From NCBI GenBank assembly GCA_963704165.1, contig CAVPHD010000004.1, forward strand, positions 32,001-96,000: a stretch of DNA of 64,000 nucleotides, written 5' to 3'. This document shows positions 30,114 through 40,344 of this stretch, in pieces (position 1 is the first letter of the stretch; each line of letters opens with the position of its first letter). Under the pieces are notes generated by a model. It was not told the origin of the DNA and ran no database searches. It was given only the letters and a program-made list of their open reading frames with translations. The translations under genes were made by a program, and so were the position numbers. Origin of the DNA: an uncultured delta proteobacterium. GTDB lineage: Bacteria > Myxococcota_A > UBA9160 > SZUA-336.

Positions 30114-30130
30114 CTTAAGCGATGCTTAGG
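30114..30130. promoter_or_regulatory. PmrA/QseB-type direct-repeat box upstream of the SHP operon
   Basis: CTTAAG-N5-CTTAGG. Confidence 0.6.
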
Positions 30131-30196
30131 GCGCCGTTCGGATCGTCAGGCGGTGCGTTATCCACTGAGGACACCGAGTGCGGACGGAGGCCCGAG

Positions 30197-30649
30197 ATGA
30201 AGCTCGAGTACCTGATGACCTACCGCGTCGAGCTCGCACCGCCGGTCGCCGTCGGTGCCGGGCCGTTCGGCATGCGCCAGATCTTCGACGTCACGGGCGG
30301 TAGCTTCGAAGGCCCGGGGCTGCGCGGCAGATTTCTGCCGAGCGGTGCCGACTGGATCCTGATCGGCCCCGACGGCGTCGGCCGCCTCGACGTGCGCGGC
30401 ACGCTCGAGACCGACGACGGCGCACTCATCTATGTGCAGTACTGCGGCGTGCTCGACTTCGAAACGGTGATGGCGAAGTTCGCTCGCGGCGAGGCCACCG
30501 AGTTCGGCGAGATCTACTTCATGACCGCACCGCGCTTCGAGACCGGTGACGCGCGCTACGCCTGGCTGAACAAGCTGGTCTGCGTCGGCGAAGGGCGCGC
30601 GGGTCCGGGCTGGGTCGAGTACCGCGTCCACCAGGTCGTGAACGGCTGA
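30197..30649 (+). CDS. DUF3237-domain protein
   Basis: GGSFEGP, GADW, LETDDGA.IY, PRFETG...YAWLN. Confidence 0.85.
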   Translation: MKLEYLMTYRVELAPPVAVGAGPFGMRQIFDVTGGSFEGPGLRGRFLPSGADWILIGPDGVGRLDVRGTLETDDGALIYVQYCGVLDFETVMAKFARGEATEFGEIYFMTAPRFETGDARYAWLNKLVCVGEGRAGPGWVEYRVHQVVNG

Positions 30650-30703
30650 GCAGATCCGATCCGTCGGCGCGATGCCGAGCTTCCGTTGTGGTACATGACG
30701 GGC

Positions 30704-31561
30704 ATGCTCGACCGAATCGACCGCGTGCAGATGGCGGTGCCCGATCGAAAGGCCGCCGCGGCGTGTTGGATCGCGATTCTCGGCGCCGAGCCGGATCGAG
30801 AGGATCGCGTTACGACGCTCGCGGCCCGGCGGACCCGCCTCCGGATCGGGCAGGGGTTCGTCGAGATCCTCGAGCCGGACGGCGAGGGTGCGATCGCCGA
30901 AGCCGTCCGGGCGAACGGCGCTCACCTGTTCGCGGCGGGCGCGAGCTCTCCCGATCTCGACGCGCTCCTCGCGCGCATCCGATCGCGCGGCGGATCGGCC
31001 GTCGTCGAGGACGGGCAGGCGTACCTCGGAGCCGACGCGGGTCTTCCGGGACTCCGCGTCGTGCTCGCTCCGAGCGAGCGGCGCCCGCCGGTCGGCGCCG
31101 TCGATCTGCTCTACGAGGTGACCTACCTCGTCGCCGACGCGCCCGAAGTCGTCGCGCGCTGCGCCGACGTCTTCGGACTCGACGCGAGTCACTTCGTTCC
31201 GATCGAATCGCCGCACTACGGCTATCGCGGCACGCTCACGCTCTTCGATCCCGGCCGTCTCGACCGCTTCGAGATCGTCCACCCGGGCGTCGCGACGAAG
31301 ACGATGGGCCGCTTCTTCGCGAAGCGCGGCGCTTCTCTGTACATGGCCTTTGCCGAGAGCGGTTCACTCGCCGCGATCGAGGACCGCGCACGCTCGCGCG
31401 GTGCCGGCTGCACGGCCTTCCCGCCCGCGAATCAGCGCGACGCGCACGGGATGCAGACGCTCTTCCTGCACCCGCCGGCCCTCGGCGGAATGATGCTCGG
31501 CATCTCCCGGCGGAACTGGGCCTGGACCTGGTCGGGAAGCCCGGAGCGCGCGCAAAGCTGA
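30704..31561 (+). CDS. VOC/glyoxalase-family protein
   Basis: IDRVQMAVPD, VEILEP, LFLHP..LGG. Confidence 0.7.
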   Translation: MLDRIDRVQMAVPDRKAAAACWIAILGAEPDREDRVTTLAARRTRLRIGQGFVEILEPDGEGAIAEAVRANGAHLFAAGASSPDLDALLARIRSRGGSAVVEDGQAYLGADAGLPGLRVVLAPSERRPPVGAVDLLYEVTYLVADAPEVVARCADVFGLDASHFVPIESPHYGYRGTLTLFDPGRLDRFEIVHPGVATKTMGRFFAKRGASLYMAFAESGSLAAIEDRARSRGAGCTAFPPANQRDAHGMQTLFLHPPALGGMMLGISRRNWAWTWSGSPERAQS

Positions 31562-31613
31562 ACGGTCGGACCGAGCCGGCTTCGGTCGCCTGACCCTCGG
31601 GTTGCCTTATTTG

Positions 31614-31641
31614 TGAACACGATCATAATTGATCTCGTTCA
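31614..31641. promoter_or_regulatory. Imperfect palindromic operator upstream of the methyltransferase
   Basis: TGAACACGATCA-TAAT-TGATCTCGTTCA; 10 of 12 arm positions pair; includes CATAAT. Confidence 0.5.
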
Positions 31642-31680
31642 TCAGCTCTCGAGCGCCGCAACCAGAAGGAAGGGACGAAG

Positions 31681-32700
31681 ATGCGCTTCCGAACCGTTCT
31701 CGATCTCTGGCGCCAGGGCCAGCTTCGCGCCCTCGTCTCGGCGCAGCGCATCTCGGGACCGTACTACCGGCTGCTCTGGCTCGTCGCGGCTTTTCGCGCC
31801 GGGGTGCTGCGCCGCCTTGCGCAGGAGTCCGCGACTCTCGACGCGCTGAGTGCCGAGCGCGTGCGGAATCCGGCGGACCTCGAATGGTTCGAGCGTTGGC
31901 TCGAGCTCGGCGTGCGCGTCGGTGCGCTCCGCTTCGATGGCTCTCGCTACTCGCTACGCAGCCGGCTCGCGCGCGCGCTCGCCGAGCCGCGGAACGACGC
32001 GATCGCGGCGATTCTCGAAGAGGTCGCGACGCTGCACGCCCGCCTCGTGCTCGAAACTCCCGAACGCCTCGCCCGCGGCGACCGCTTCACGCTCGCCGAT
32101 CAGGACGGCGTGCTGATCGCCCGCTCCTCGCGACTCCTGGCGCCGTTCGTACACGAGGCGATCGACCCGGTCGTGCCGAGAAGCGGCGCGTTGCGGCTGC
32201 TCGAGGTCGGCGCCGGCTCGGGCACGTACATCCGCTACGTCGTCGAACGCAACCCCGACCTCCGTGCCCTCGGGCTCGAGCTCCAGCCCGAGGTGGCGGA
32301 GCTCGCCAACTCCAACTTGCGCGAGTGGGGTGCGTCCTCACGCGCCTCGGTCGACAAGGGGGACGTGCGCGATCGCACGCCCGAACCGATCTACGACGTC
32401 GTCACGTTCCACAACAACATCTACTACTTCCCGGTCGCGGAGCGCGTCGCACTTCTGTGTCATGCGATGCGCTTCCTCGCCCCGGGCGGGCGGATCCTGC
32501 TGACGACCATGTGCGGCGGCGGCAGTGCCCCGTCCGTGATTCTCGACATCTGGAGCGCCGGAACCGAGGGATGCGGGCGACTACCGACGCCGGACGAGCT
32601 GCTCGGGCAGCTCCGCGAGGCGGGATTCGCCGAAGCGACGAGCCGCTCGCTCCTGCCCGGCGACAGCTTCTACGCCTTCTACGGGCGCAGGCCGAGCTGA
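31681..32700 (+). CDS. Class I SAM-dependent methyltransferase
   Basis: LLEVGAGSG, GDVR, NNIYYF, L.PGGRI. Confidence 0.85.
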   Translation: MRFRTVLDLWRQGQLRALVSAQRISGPYYRLLWLVAAFRAGVLRRLAQESATLDALSAERVRNPADLEWFERWLELGVRVGALRFDGSRYSLRSRLARALAEPRNDAIAAILEEVATLHARLVLETPERLARGDRFTLADQDGVLIARSSRLLAPFVHEAIDPVVPRSGALRLLEVGAGSGTYIRYVVERNPDLRALGLELQPEVAELANSNLREWGASSRASVDKGDVRDRTPEPIYDVVTFHNNIYYFPVAERVALLCHAMRFLAPGGRILLTTMCGGGSAPSVILDIWSAGTEGCGRLPTPDELLGQLREAGFAEATSRSLLPGDSFYAFYGRRPS

Positions 32701-32707
32701 CGAGCCG

Positions 32708-33352
32708 CTAGAGGTCGTTCGGATCCTCGAGAGGAATCTCGATCGTCGAGCTGCGCCTCCCGACCGTGACCTTCGAGCCCGTGTCGACGATGAAGTTCTC
32801 GACGAAGAACTCGGCCGGTCCGGACAGGCTGAGGGTCGAGGAATCCAGACAGCCCCCGGCGTCTCCGAGCGGCTTGAACTTCGAGTTCGCGACACCGCGA
32901 ATCTGCAATTCGAGGAGTTCGCAGTTGATCTCGAGTTCGGTGGTGGAGACCACGCTCGCGGAGCCGTTGTTGGACTCCGTCTCGAACGAGAAGTCCTCGT
33001 CGAAGTTGAGATCGCCGAGGACTTCGATCACCGAGACCGGATCGGTATCGGCCGCGACGATGCGGTTGTTGCTTGGATTCTCGCAGTCGATGCTCAGGAA
33101 GATCCCCTGCGTCCGGGTCGGGGCCTCGCCTGTGCAGATCTCGAAGACGTCCCGCTCGTTCAGATTGAGTTTGCCGATCTTGGGCTGATCGTTGTTCCCG
33201 GTGTCCTGGTAGAGCAGCTTGAGCTTCGCCTTCACCGGGTGCGTGGTGATCACCGTCTGAGCATCGGCTCCACGCGGCAGCGAGAGCGCGAGGACCGGCA
33301 CGATCAGGGCCATCCAGAGGATCCGGTGTGAAGCGGTCGAGATCGAATTCAC
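32708..33352 (-). CDS. Secreted hypothetical protein
   Basis: AAGGAG RBS before GTG 33352; signal peptide ending ADA; four Cys. Confidence 0.65.
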   Translation of the reverse strand: MNSISTASHRILWMALIVPVLALSLPRGADAQTVITTHPVKAKLKLLYQDTGNNDQPKIGKLNLNERDVFEICTGEAPTRTQGIFLSIDCENPSNNRIVAADTDPVSVIEVLGDLNFDEDFSFETESNNGSASVVSTTELEINCELLELQIRGVANSKFKPLGDAGGCLDSSTLSLSGPAEFFVENFIVDTGSKVTVGRRSSTIEIPLEDPNDL

Positions 33353-33493
33353 GGCAGGGCAAGCTCCTTTCGAGGTGGAGCCGGAAGATAATCCCTTCCC
33401 GGAGGAATCAAGCCCTCGGGGAGGTCGGCCGCGCGGAATACCCGAGCATCGGGCGCGCGTGTAGACTCGCCCGATCGAAAGAGAGGGGAGCGA

Positions 33494-34279
33494 ATGGCCA
33501 GCTCGGGTGCCGAGACCAAGAACATCGCCGTCTACATCGATCTCGAGAACGTCGCGATCGGCTGTCGGGACGCGCGCTACAAGATCTTCGACGTCAATCT
33601 CGTCTTGAGACGGATGATCGAGAAGGGGAACGTCGTCACGCGCCGCGCGTACGCGGACTGGACGCGCTACCCCGATTATCGTCGGCCACTCCACGAGGCC
33701 GGCGTCGAGCTGATCGAGATGCCGGGCTCGCAAGCTCACCGGCAAGAACAGCGCCGACATCAAGATGGTCGTCGACGCGCTCGAGCTCTCGCACAACAAG
33801 CCGCACATCGACACGTTCACCGTCGTCTCGGGCGATTCGGACTTCTCGCCGCTGGTCGCGAAGCTGCGCGAGAACAACAAGCACACGATCGGCTGCGGCG
33901 TGAAGAACTCGACCTCGCCGATGTTCATCGACAACTGCGACGAGTTCATCTACTACGACGATCTGGTCCGCAAGACCGTCGAGCGCGAGAAGAAGTCGGT
34001 CCCGAAGGCCAGGATCTTCCGAAGAAGAAGCGCGAGGCGTTCGACCTGCTGATCGACGTCGGTCGACGCGCTGCTGCGCGAGAATCGCGAGGCGCACTGC
34101 TCGCTGGTCAAGGAGACGATGAAGCGCAAGCAGCCCGCAGCTTCAACGAGGAGTACCACGGCTATCGATCGTTCAACCGCTTGCTCGAGGACGCACAGAA
34201 GCAGAAGCTGATCGCGCTCCACAAGGACGCGCGCAGCGGCACCTACGTGATCGACGAGGTGCTCTACGAGGCCGGCTGA
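33494..34279 (+). CDS. NYN-domain (LabA/DUF88) protein with C-terminal OST-HTH-like domain; several frameshifts
   Basis: YIDLENV, RAYADW, GKNSADI, SGDSDFSPLV..LRE, CDEFIYY and FNEEYHGYRSF recovered across frames. Confidence 0.8.
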   Translation: MASSGAETKNIAVYIDLENVAIGCRDARYKIFDVNLVLRRMIEKGNVVTRRAYADWTRYPDYRRPLHEAGVELIEMPGSQAHRQEQRRHQDGRRRARALAQQAAHRHVHRRLGRFGLLAAGREAAREQQAHDRLRREELDLADVHRQLRRVHLLRRSGPQDRRAREEVGPEGQDLPKKKREAFDLLIDVGRRAAARESRGALLAGQGDDEAQAARSFNEEYHGYRSFNRLLEDAQKQKLIALHKDARSGTYVIDEVLYEAG

Positions 34280-35254
34280 GTGAAGGCCCTGAAGCGGATC
34301 GGTGTCGGGGTGCTCGCGGTCGCGCTGTCGATCGCACTCGGTCTGCCGCTCTTCTACGCCGTCGTTCCGTACGACGGGCCCGATCTCCCGCCCGCGGGTC
34401 GCCGCGTGTCCGTCGGAAACGACCGCTTCGTGAACGCGATCGATCATGGCGATGGGCCGGTGTTCGTCTTGGTTCACGGTCTGCCGGGCATGGCCGAGGA
34501 CTGGCGCCCGCTCGTCGAGGCGCTCGCCGCGAGGGGGAGTCGCGCGATCGCGTACGACCGGATCGGCTACGGTCGATCGGACGCGCGGCCCGGCGAGGTT
34601 CCCGGCGCGTTCACGGTCGAGGCGAACGCGCGCGAGCTCGTGGCGCTGATCGAGAACGAAGGTTTGGACGACGTCACCGTCGTCGGCTGGTCGTACGGCG
34701 GCCCGATCGGCATCGAGGCGGCGCTCCTCGATGCTCGCGCCGTGTCGCCGCGAATCGCGCGTCTGGTCCTCGTCGGCACGGGGGGGCCGGACGCCGACGA
34801 CGCGAAGCCGCCTCCCGTCCCGGGATTACTTGCGTCCGCGGTCCTGCGCTGGATCGGTCTGGTGCCACCGGTCGCCGCTGCGGTGCAGCGCGCCGTGAGT
34901 GAGCAGGCTTTCTCGGAGCAGGCGCAGCCCGATTGGTGGCTGCCGAACCTGCAGGCGAACTTCGCCGCGCCGAACACGCGCCTGACCTGGCGCGCCGAGG
35001 CCGCGGCGGTCGCATCGAGCGGTCGGTTCCGGGCGGATGAAGTCGCGTTGCCGACGCTTCTGGTCCACGGTGACGACGACCGGCTCGCCAATCTCGCGAT
35101 CGGCCGGTACGTGCACGGGAAGATCCCGGGCTCCCGGCTCGAGATCGTCGCCGGCGGGAGTCACATGCTGCCGGTCACGCACGCGGCGCAGCTCGCCGAC
35201 TGGATCGTCGCGCACGGACCCGGCGCGGGCGGTCAGCCCGGTTCGAGTCCCTGA
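34280..35254 (+). CDS. Alpha/beta hydrolase with N-terminal membrane anchor
   Basis: HGLPG, DRIGYGRS, GWSYGG, GSHM. Confidence 0.85.
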   Translation: MKALKRIGVGVLAVALSIALGLPLFYAVVPYDGPDLPPAGRRVSVGNDRFVNAIDHGDGPVFVLVHGLPGMAEDWRPLVEALAARGSRAIAYDRIGYGRSDARPGEVPGAFTVEANARELVALIENEGLDDVTVVGWSYGGPIGIEAALLDARAVSPRIARLVLVGTGGPDADDAKPPPVPGLLASAVLRWIGLVPPVAAAVQRAVSEQAFSEQAQPDWWLPNLQANFAAPNTRLTWRAEAAAVASSGRFRADEVALPTLLVHGDDDRLANLAIGRYVHGKIPGSRLEIVAGGSHMLPVTHAAQLADWIVAHGPGAGGQPGSSP

Positions 35255-35670
35255 CGCATTTCCGTGCCGACGACGACGAAGCCGTACTTCGCGTAGAAGG
35301 GGCGATTTCCCTCGGTTCTCTCGAGCAGGTACAGGCCCATCTCGGCGCAGCCACGATCTCGCGCGGCGCCCAGCGTCGCTTCGACGAGCAGACCGCCGAC
35401 GTTCCGTCCGCGCGCCGCCGGATCGACGATCAGCTCTTCGAGCTGGCCGTACTCGCCGCCGTAGCGGATCGCCAGGTTGTACGAGACGGTGGCGACGCCG
35501 AGGATCGTGCCCGCGTCCTCAGCGACGAAGACCGCGCCGCGTTCGCCCGTGACGAGTCTCGCGTAGGTCGCTCTCCACTCGGGAGTGGCCGCGCTGCCCG
35601 TGAGCGATTCGATCAACGAAAGGCAGCGCGCTTCGTCGCCCGCCGTCGCCGTTCGCAACGTGATCGTCAT
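35233..35670 (-). CDS. GNAT-family N-acetyltransferase
   Basis: EELIVDPAARGRNVGG and FYAKYGF. Confidence 0.85.
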   Translation of the reverse strand: MTITLRTATAGDEARCLSLIESLTGSAATPEWRATYARLVTGERGAVFVAEDAGTILGVATVSYNLAIRYGGEYGQLEELIVDPAARGRNVGGLLVEATLGAARDRGCAEMGLYLLERTEGNRPFYAKYGFVVVGTEMRQGLEPG

Positions 35671-35734
35671 CGGCCTCTCCTGAACGTCGATGTGAAGATC
35701 GTGAGCGCGCGAGCATCCCTGGGGGAAGCGGGTT

Positions 35735-36806
35735 CTAGAAGCCGAGCTCGGCGAGCTCGATCGGGCGTTTCTCTCTCGCGCTCTGTTCGCCCGCGGCTCC
35801 GACGGCGACGGCGAGCGCGCCGTCCTCGACCGTGACGAGCGGCTTCGCGCCGGCGCGAATCGCGTCGCGGAAGGCGAGCTGCTCGAGGAACGTCGAGCCG
35901 TGATGCGTGCCCGCATCGCGGGCCCGCGGATCGACGTGGAAACTCGATCGTCGCGGGCTCGTAGCGATCGCGACGGGTCAGCACGAGCCGGTGCGCGGGG
36001 ATGAAGGCCTCGGCCTTTCCGCGGTCGCCGGTCGCGGCGATCTCCATCTCGTGGGTCGAGTTCTCGGCGAACATGCACAGATCGAGCAGTCCGCGCGCGC
36101 CGGAGTCGAAGTCGACGGTGACGAATGCGTTGTCGAGGATGTCGGGCCGCTCGCCGCCGTAGAGCTCGTCGCGGTGATTCACGTCCATCGCCCCCGAGGC
36201 GTACACGCGCAGCGGCCGGGCGCGCGTCACCAGGTTCATCAGATCGAAGAAGTGACAGCACTTCTCGACCAGCGTTCCGCCGGTGTTGCGCGAGAAGCGA
36301 TTCCAGTCGCCGACCTTCCTCAGGAACGGAAAGCGGTGCTCGCGAATCGCGAGCATGTGCAGCCGGCCGATCGAGCCGCCGTGCACCTCCTCGACGAGTC
36401 GCGCGACCGGGCGCATGAACCGGTATTCCATTCCGACCCAGGTCACGGCCGGGTGCCGCGCCGCCTGCTCGACCACGCGCTTGCAGTCGTCGATCGTCGT
36501 GCAGAGCGGCTTCTCGACCAGCACGTGCTTCTCGGTGCGGAAGACGTCCTGGAGCACGTCGAAGTGCGTGTGGTTGGGCGACGCGATCACGATCGCGTCG
36601 ACCGCCGCCTTCGCGAGCAGCTCGCGGTGGTCGGCGTAGACCTCGACCTCGGAGCCGACCGCGAGCCGACCGAAGCCGCGGCTGCGCTCGTCGGGATCGG
36701 CGATCGCACACACCTCGACCCCGGGCACGAGCGCGAGGTTCCGGATGTGCTCGCAGCCCATCATGCCGGTGCCGATCACACCGAATCGGATCACGGAGGA
36801 ATTCAT
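35735..36806 (-). CDS. Gfo/Idh/MocA-family oxidoreductase, with a frameshift near 35935
   Basis: GVIGTGMMG, SPNHTH, VEKP, GGTLVEKCCHFFD. Confidence 0.85.
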
Positions 36807-36819
36807 TCGCAGGGACCGC

Positions 36820-39800
36820 CTAGAGCACGCACCCTTGGGTGAGGGCGGGGCCGACGCCCGCGAGCGCGCGGCGAAGCACCGTGGCATCGGCGATGTCGCA
36901 GTTCGCAGCGACGTTGCCGTTCGCCCCGCTGACGTTGCACTTCGCCAGCGCCGCCGGCGTGTGGATGCCCGCGAGCCAGGCGCGCATGCTCGTGACGTCG
37001 GCGCTCGTATCGACGCCGTCCGCCGTGACGTCGCCGCACTGCGACGCGTCGCGAATGCCGTCGGGCTGCGAGCCGTCACCCACGGCGCCGCGGTCGATGC
37101 CGAGTCGCTCGCCGGATCCCGGCGGCACGCAGGTGTACGTCAGCTCCTGGCCGGCCGTTCCGGCGAGCAGACGCAGATTCGCGTCGCTGATCGTCGGGGC
37201 GCCGCCCACGTCCGGCGTGAAGACGGACGGCGAGCTCATCCACCAGCCGCGCGGCGCGCCGGCGATCCGTCCCTTGACGACCAGGTCGCACTCCTTGTTT
37301 CCGGGGCGATCCGGATCGGCGTAGTTCGTTCCCGCGCGAGTGACCAGGAGGTTCAAGCGCGTGATGACGGCGGCATCCCCTGCGTTCGCCGCGGTGAGCG
37401 TGACCTGCTGACCGACGACGGGCGCGATGTCGGAGTCGAACGCGAACATGAACTGCGAGACCTGGTTTCGCTGCGCGTCGCCACCGGGAACTGGAACACG
37501 CTCGTCGGGACGTTCGCGCCGAGAAACGTCATCACGGTGTCGATCGTGCCGTCGTGCAGGTAGCCGAAGCCGCGAATCTGCGGTGCGTTCGGATCGGCAG
37601 GCGTGGCGGCGTTCGCGAACCCGAACATGCCGACCTTCTGATACCCGTTGCGCAGGTGCGCGACCTTGAAGTGCTGCGTCTCGTTCTCGAAGGTCGAGAG
37701 TCCGGCGCTGCCGAAGAAACCGGCCGACGGGTCCAGCGTGTGGCAGCCGTTGCAATCCTTGAGCGTGTCGGAGATCGGTCCCGGCGCGGTGGGGGTGCCG
37801 AAGAACGTGGCGCCGGCGGACTGCTCGGCCGTCAGTGAGCGATCGAGCGCTCGGATCGGATTTGGCGGCAGCTGCACCTGCAGGATGAAGTTCGTGAACG
37901 CGAGCATGTCCTGCGTCGCGATCTGCGCCTGCCGACCCAGCAGGCCCTCGAACGCCGGATTGAAGGCCATGAAGGCGAGTGTCTCGTCGAGCGCGCCCGG
38001 CGAGCCGTCGTACCTGTACGGGTTCTGCGTGGTGCCGCCCGAACGATCGCCGCGCCAGTGCATCGGCCCGCCGTGATCCATGCCGCGAAGCGTCTGCGTC
38101 GTCATCGGGCCCTTGAGCGGGTGGAAGTCGAGATTTCCCTCGACGACGCTGCCGGGATTGAGGAAGTTCAGGGCCGGACCGGCGAGTCCGAAATTCTGGA
38201 GCGGCGAATTGAGCTTCACGAACGGGTTGAAGTTGTTCGCGCGCGCGCCGGCCGGATCGCCGAGGTCCCAGGCCAGGCTGTCGAAGTCACCGAAGATGTG
38301 GCAGCTCGCGCAGGACGCCTCGCCGTTCGAGGACGAGAAGCGCGCGTCGTAGAAGAAGCGCCGGCCCTCGGTGATGGTCGTGGTCTCGGGGCTGTGGATC
38401 GGCACGTGTGCGATCTCGGTGCGCAGGACCGTGTCGACGATCGAGATCGCGTTGTCGAAGCGCGTCAGTACGTAGAGCCGGCCGCGGGGCTCGTCGAGCG
38501 CGACCCCGCCCGGTCCGCCGGCCGAGAGCTCGACGTGGTCCGCGGCATTCGCCGCGAACGCACCCGGCGCGCCGGGCGCGAGCGCGAGCGCTGCGGTATC
38601 GACGATGCCGATCTTCTGCGACCCGAACGCCGCGACGTACAGCGTCGCGCCGTCGCTGGTGATCGCCATGTCGGTCGGAATCGCGAGGCTCGCGTCGTTC
38701 ACGCTCTGCGGCGGGTTCAGGTTCGAGTAGTCGATCTGCGTGTTCAGTCGCCGCTGCTGCGCGATGCCACCGCTGATCAGCGAGATCTGCGCGCGGTGCA
38801 GCTCGCCGCGCAGCGTCGTCGGTCCCGATCCCTCGAAGCGATCCATGTTGTTCGCCTCGGTGTTCGAGACGTAGATCGTTCCGTCGAGCGGGTGCACCAC
38901 CATGTTGAAGAGCACGGTTCCGACCGTGGTGACGCTGCTCGTGATCGCGGTCTGATCGAGCACCGACGCGTCGGCGTCGATCACGAAGACGTCCTGGTCG
39001 GGAAGGCTGAAGCGGACGACCCCGTTGTGATCCGCGCCGTTGACGTCGCGCCAGGTCGTCGGGCCGACCTGCTTCAGCATCACGCCGACCTGCGGAGCGG
39101 GCAGGCCGCTCACCGTCGGCAGCGGCGCCGGCGTGGGCAGCAAGCCCTCGGGCACCGCCGTCGTCTGGTTTCCCGAATGGTGGACCGCTGCGTACACCGA
39201 GAGGCCGTCGGGGCTCGTCGCCAGCGCGCGCGGCGTGTCGCCGAAGGCATTCAGGATCGCGATCTCGTCGCCGCCGAGGCTCGTGCCGGGGTTCGTCGCG
39301 TCGAAGACCCAGACGTCGGCACGGCCGACGCCCGGCGTCAGCAGCTGCGGGTCGCCCGGCCGGTTCTGCCCGCGGTGCGCGGCGGTGATGAAAGCGCGAT
39401 TCCGGCCTTCGCCCGCGAAGACGATGTCGCGCGGCTCGTCGCCGACGTGCAGCGTGCGCACGACGCGAAGTGACGCGACATCGACGATCGAGACGCTGTC
39501 GGAGAGGTGGTTCACGACCCAGACTTCGCCGGCCGTGCGCTCGGCGACCGCGACCGGATCGACACCGACCGGGACCGAGCCCGAATGGACCAGACCCGCG
39601 GCCGAGACGTCGAAGATCTCGAGGCGGCCGTCGGGGATGTTGCAGACGAAGAGCTGGGTGCCGTCCGCAGAGAGGGCGACGGGCCGGACCGGTCCGCTCT
39701 CGAAGAGCGTGTAGTTGCCCTGTGCAAACGCGGGCCCGGAAACAGCAATCAGCGTAAGCGCCAGCGCGGAAAACGCGCGTAGGAGGCCCAGTGGACTCAT
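36820..39800 (-). CDS. Secreted beta-propeller (YncE/YVTN-like) + diheme cytochrome c domain + C-terminal dockerin-like module; frameshift near 37485
   Basis: Signal peptide; propeller repeats VPVGVDPVAV, VVNHLSDSVS, VGDEPRD; CASCH and CNGCH; HLRN...HDG. Confidence 0.75.
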
Positions 39801-39899
39801 TTCCCTTCCCCTTCCGAGGCCGTGGTGACCGATGGCCATCCTAACCCACGAGGTTCGATTAGGGGGGAAAGACCTCCGCAGCGAAATCCGCGTCGCCGC

Positions 39900-40301
39900 T
39901 CAGCTCTTGGGCTCTCGCTCGACCGGTCCGCCCGCTTCGACCCAACCTTTGAAGCCGGTCGCGATGTGCGAGACGCCTTCGAGCCCCATGTCCTGCACGG
40001 CTTTCGCCGCGAGCGCGGAACGCCAGCCGCTTGCGCAGTGCAGGACGAAGCGCTTGCCGCTGCCGAAGACGTCCTTGTAGTAGGGACTCTCGGGATCGAC
40101 CCAGAACTCGAGCATGCCGCGCGGCGCGTGGAATGCGCCGGGAATCGATCCGTCGCGCCCGCGCTCGCGCGGATCGCGCAGATCGACGATCAGGACGTCG
40201 GAGCGTTTCGAGAGCGCGATCGCGTCTGCCGCGCTGACGGATTCGACTTCGGCGTTGGCCTCGTCCACGAGCTGTCGAACGTTCTTTCGCAGCTTCTTCA
40301 C
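39900..40301 (-). CDS. Rhodanese-like domain protein
   Basis: VDLRDPRE, G.IPGA, HCASGWRS, GFKGW. Confidence 0.88.
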   Translation of the reverse strand: MKKLRKNVRQLVDEANAEVESVSAADAIALSKRSDVLIVDLRDPRERGRDGSIPGAFHAPRGMLEFWVDPESPYYKDVFGSGKRFVLHCASGWRSALAAKAVQDMGLEGVSHIATGFKGWVEAGGPVEREPKS

Positions 40302-40344
40302 GAGTCCACTATGCCAGAATGACCGTTCGCAGAGGAGAGCGGTC

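Noticed and set aside
33494..34279. NYN gene as a true pseudogene or programmed frameshift
   Set aside because: Catalytic Asp motifs are intact, there is no slippery site, and similar indels occur throughout the window. Sequencing error is more likely, although decay cannot be excluded.
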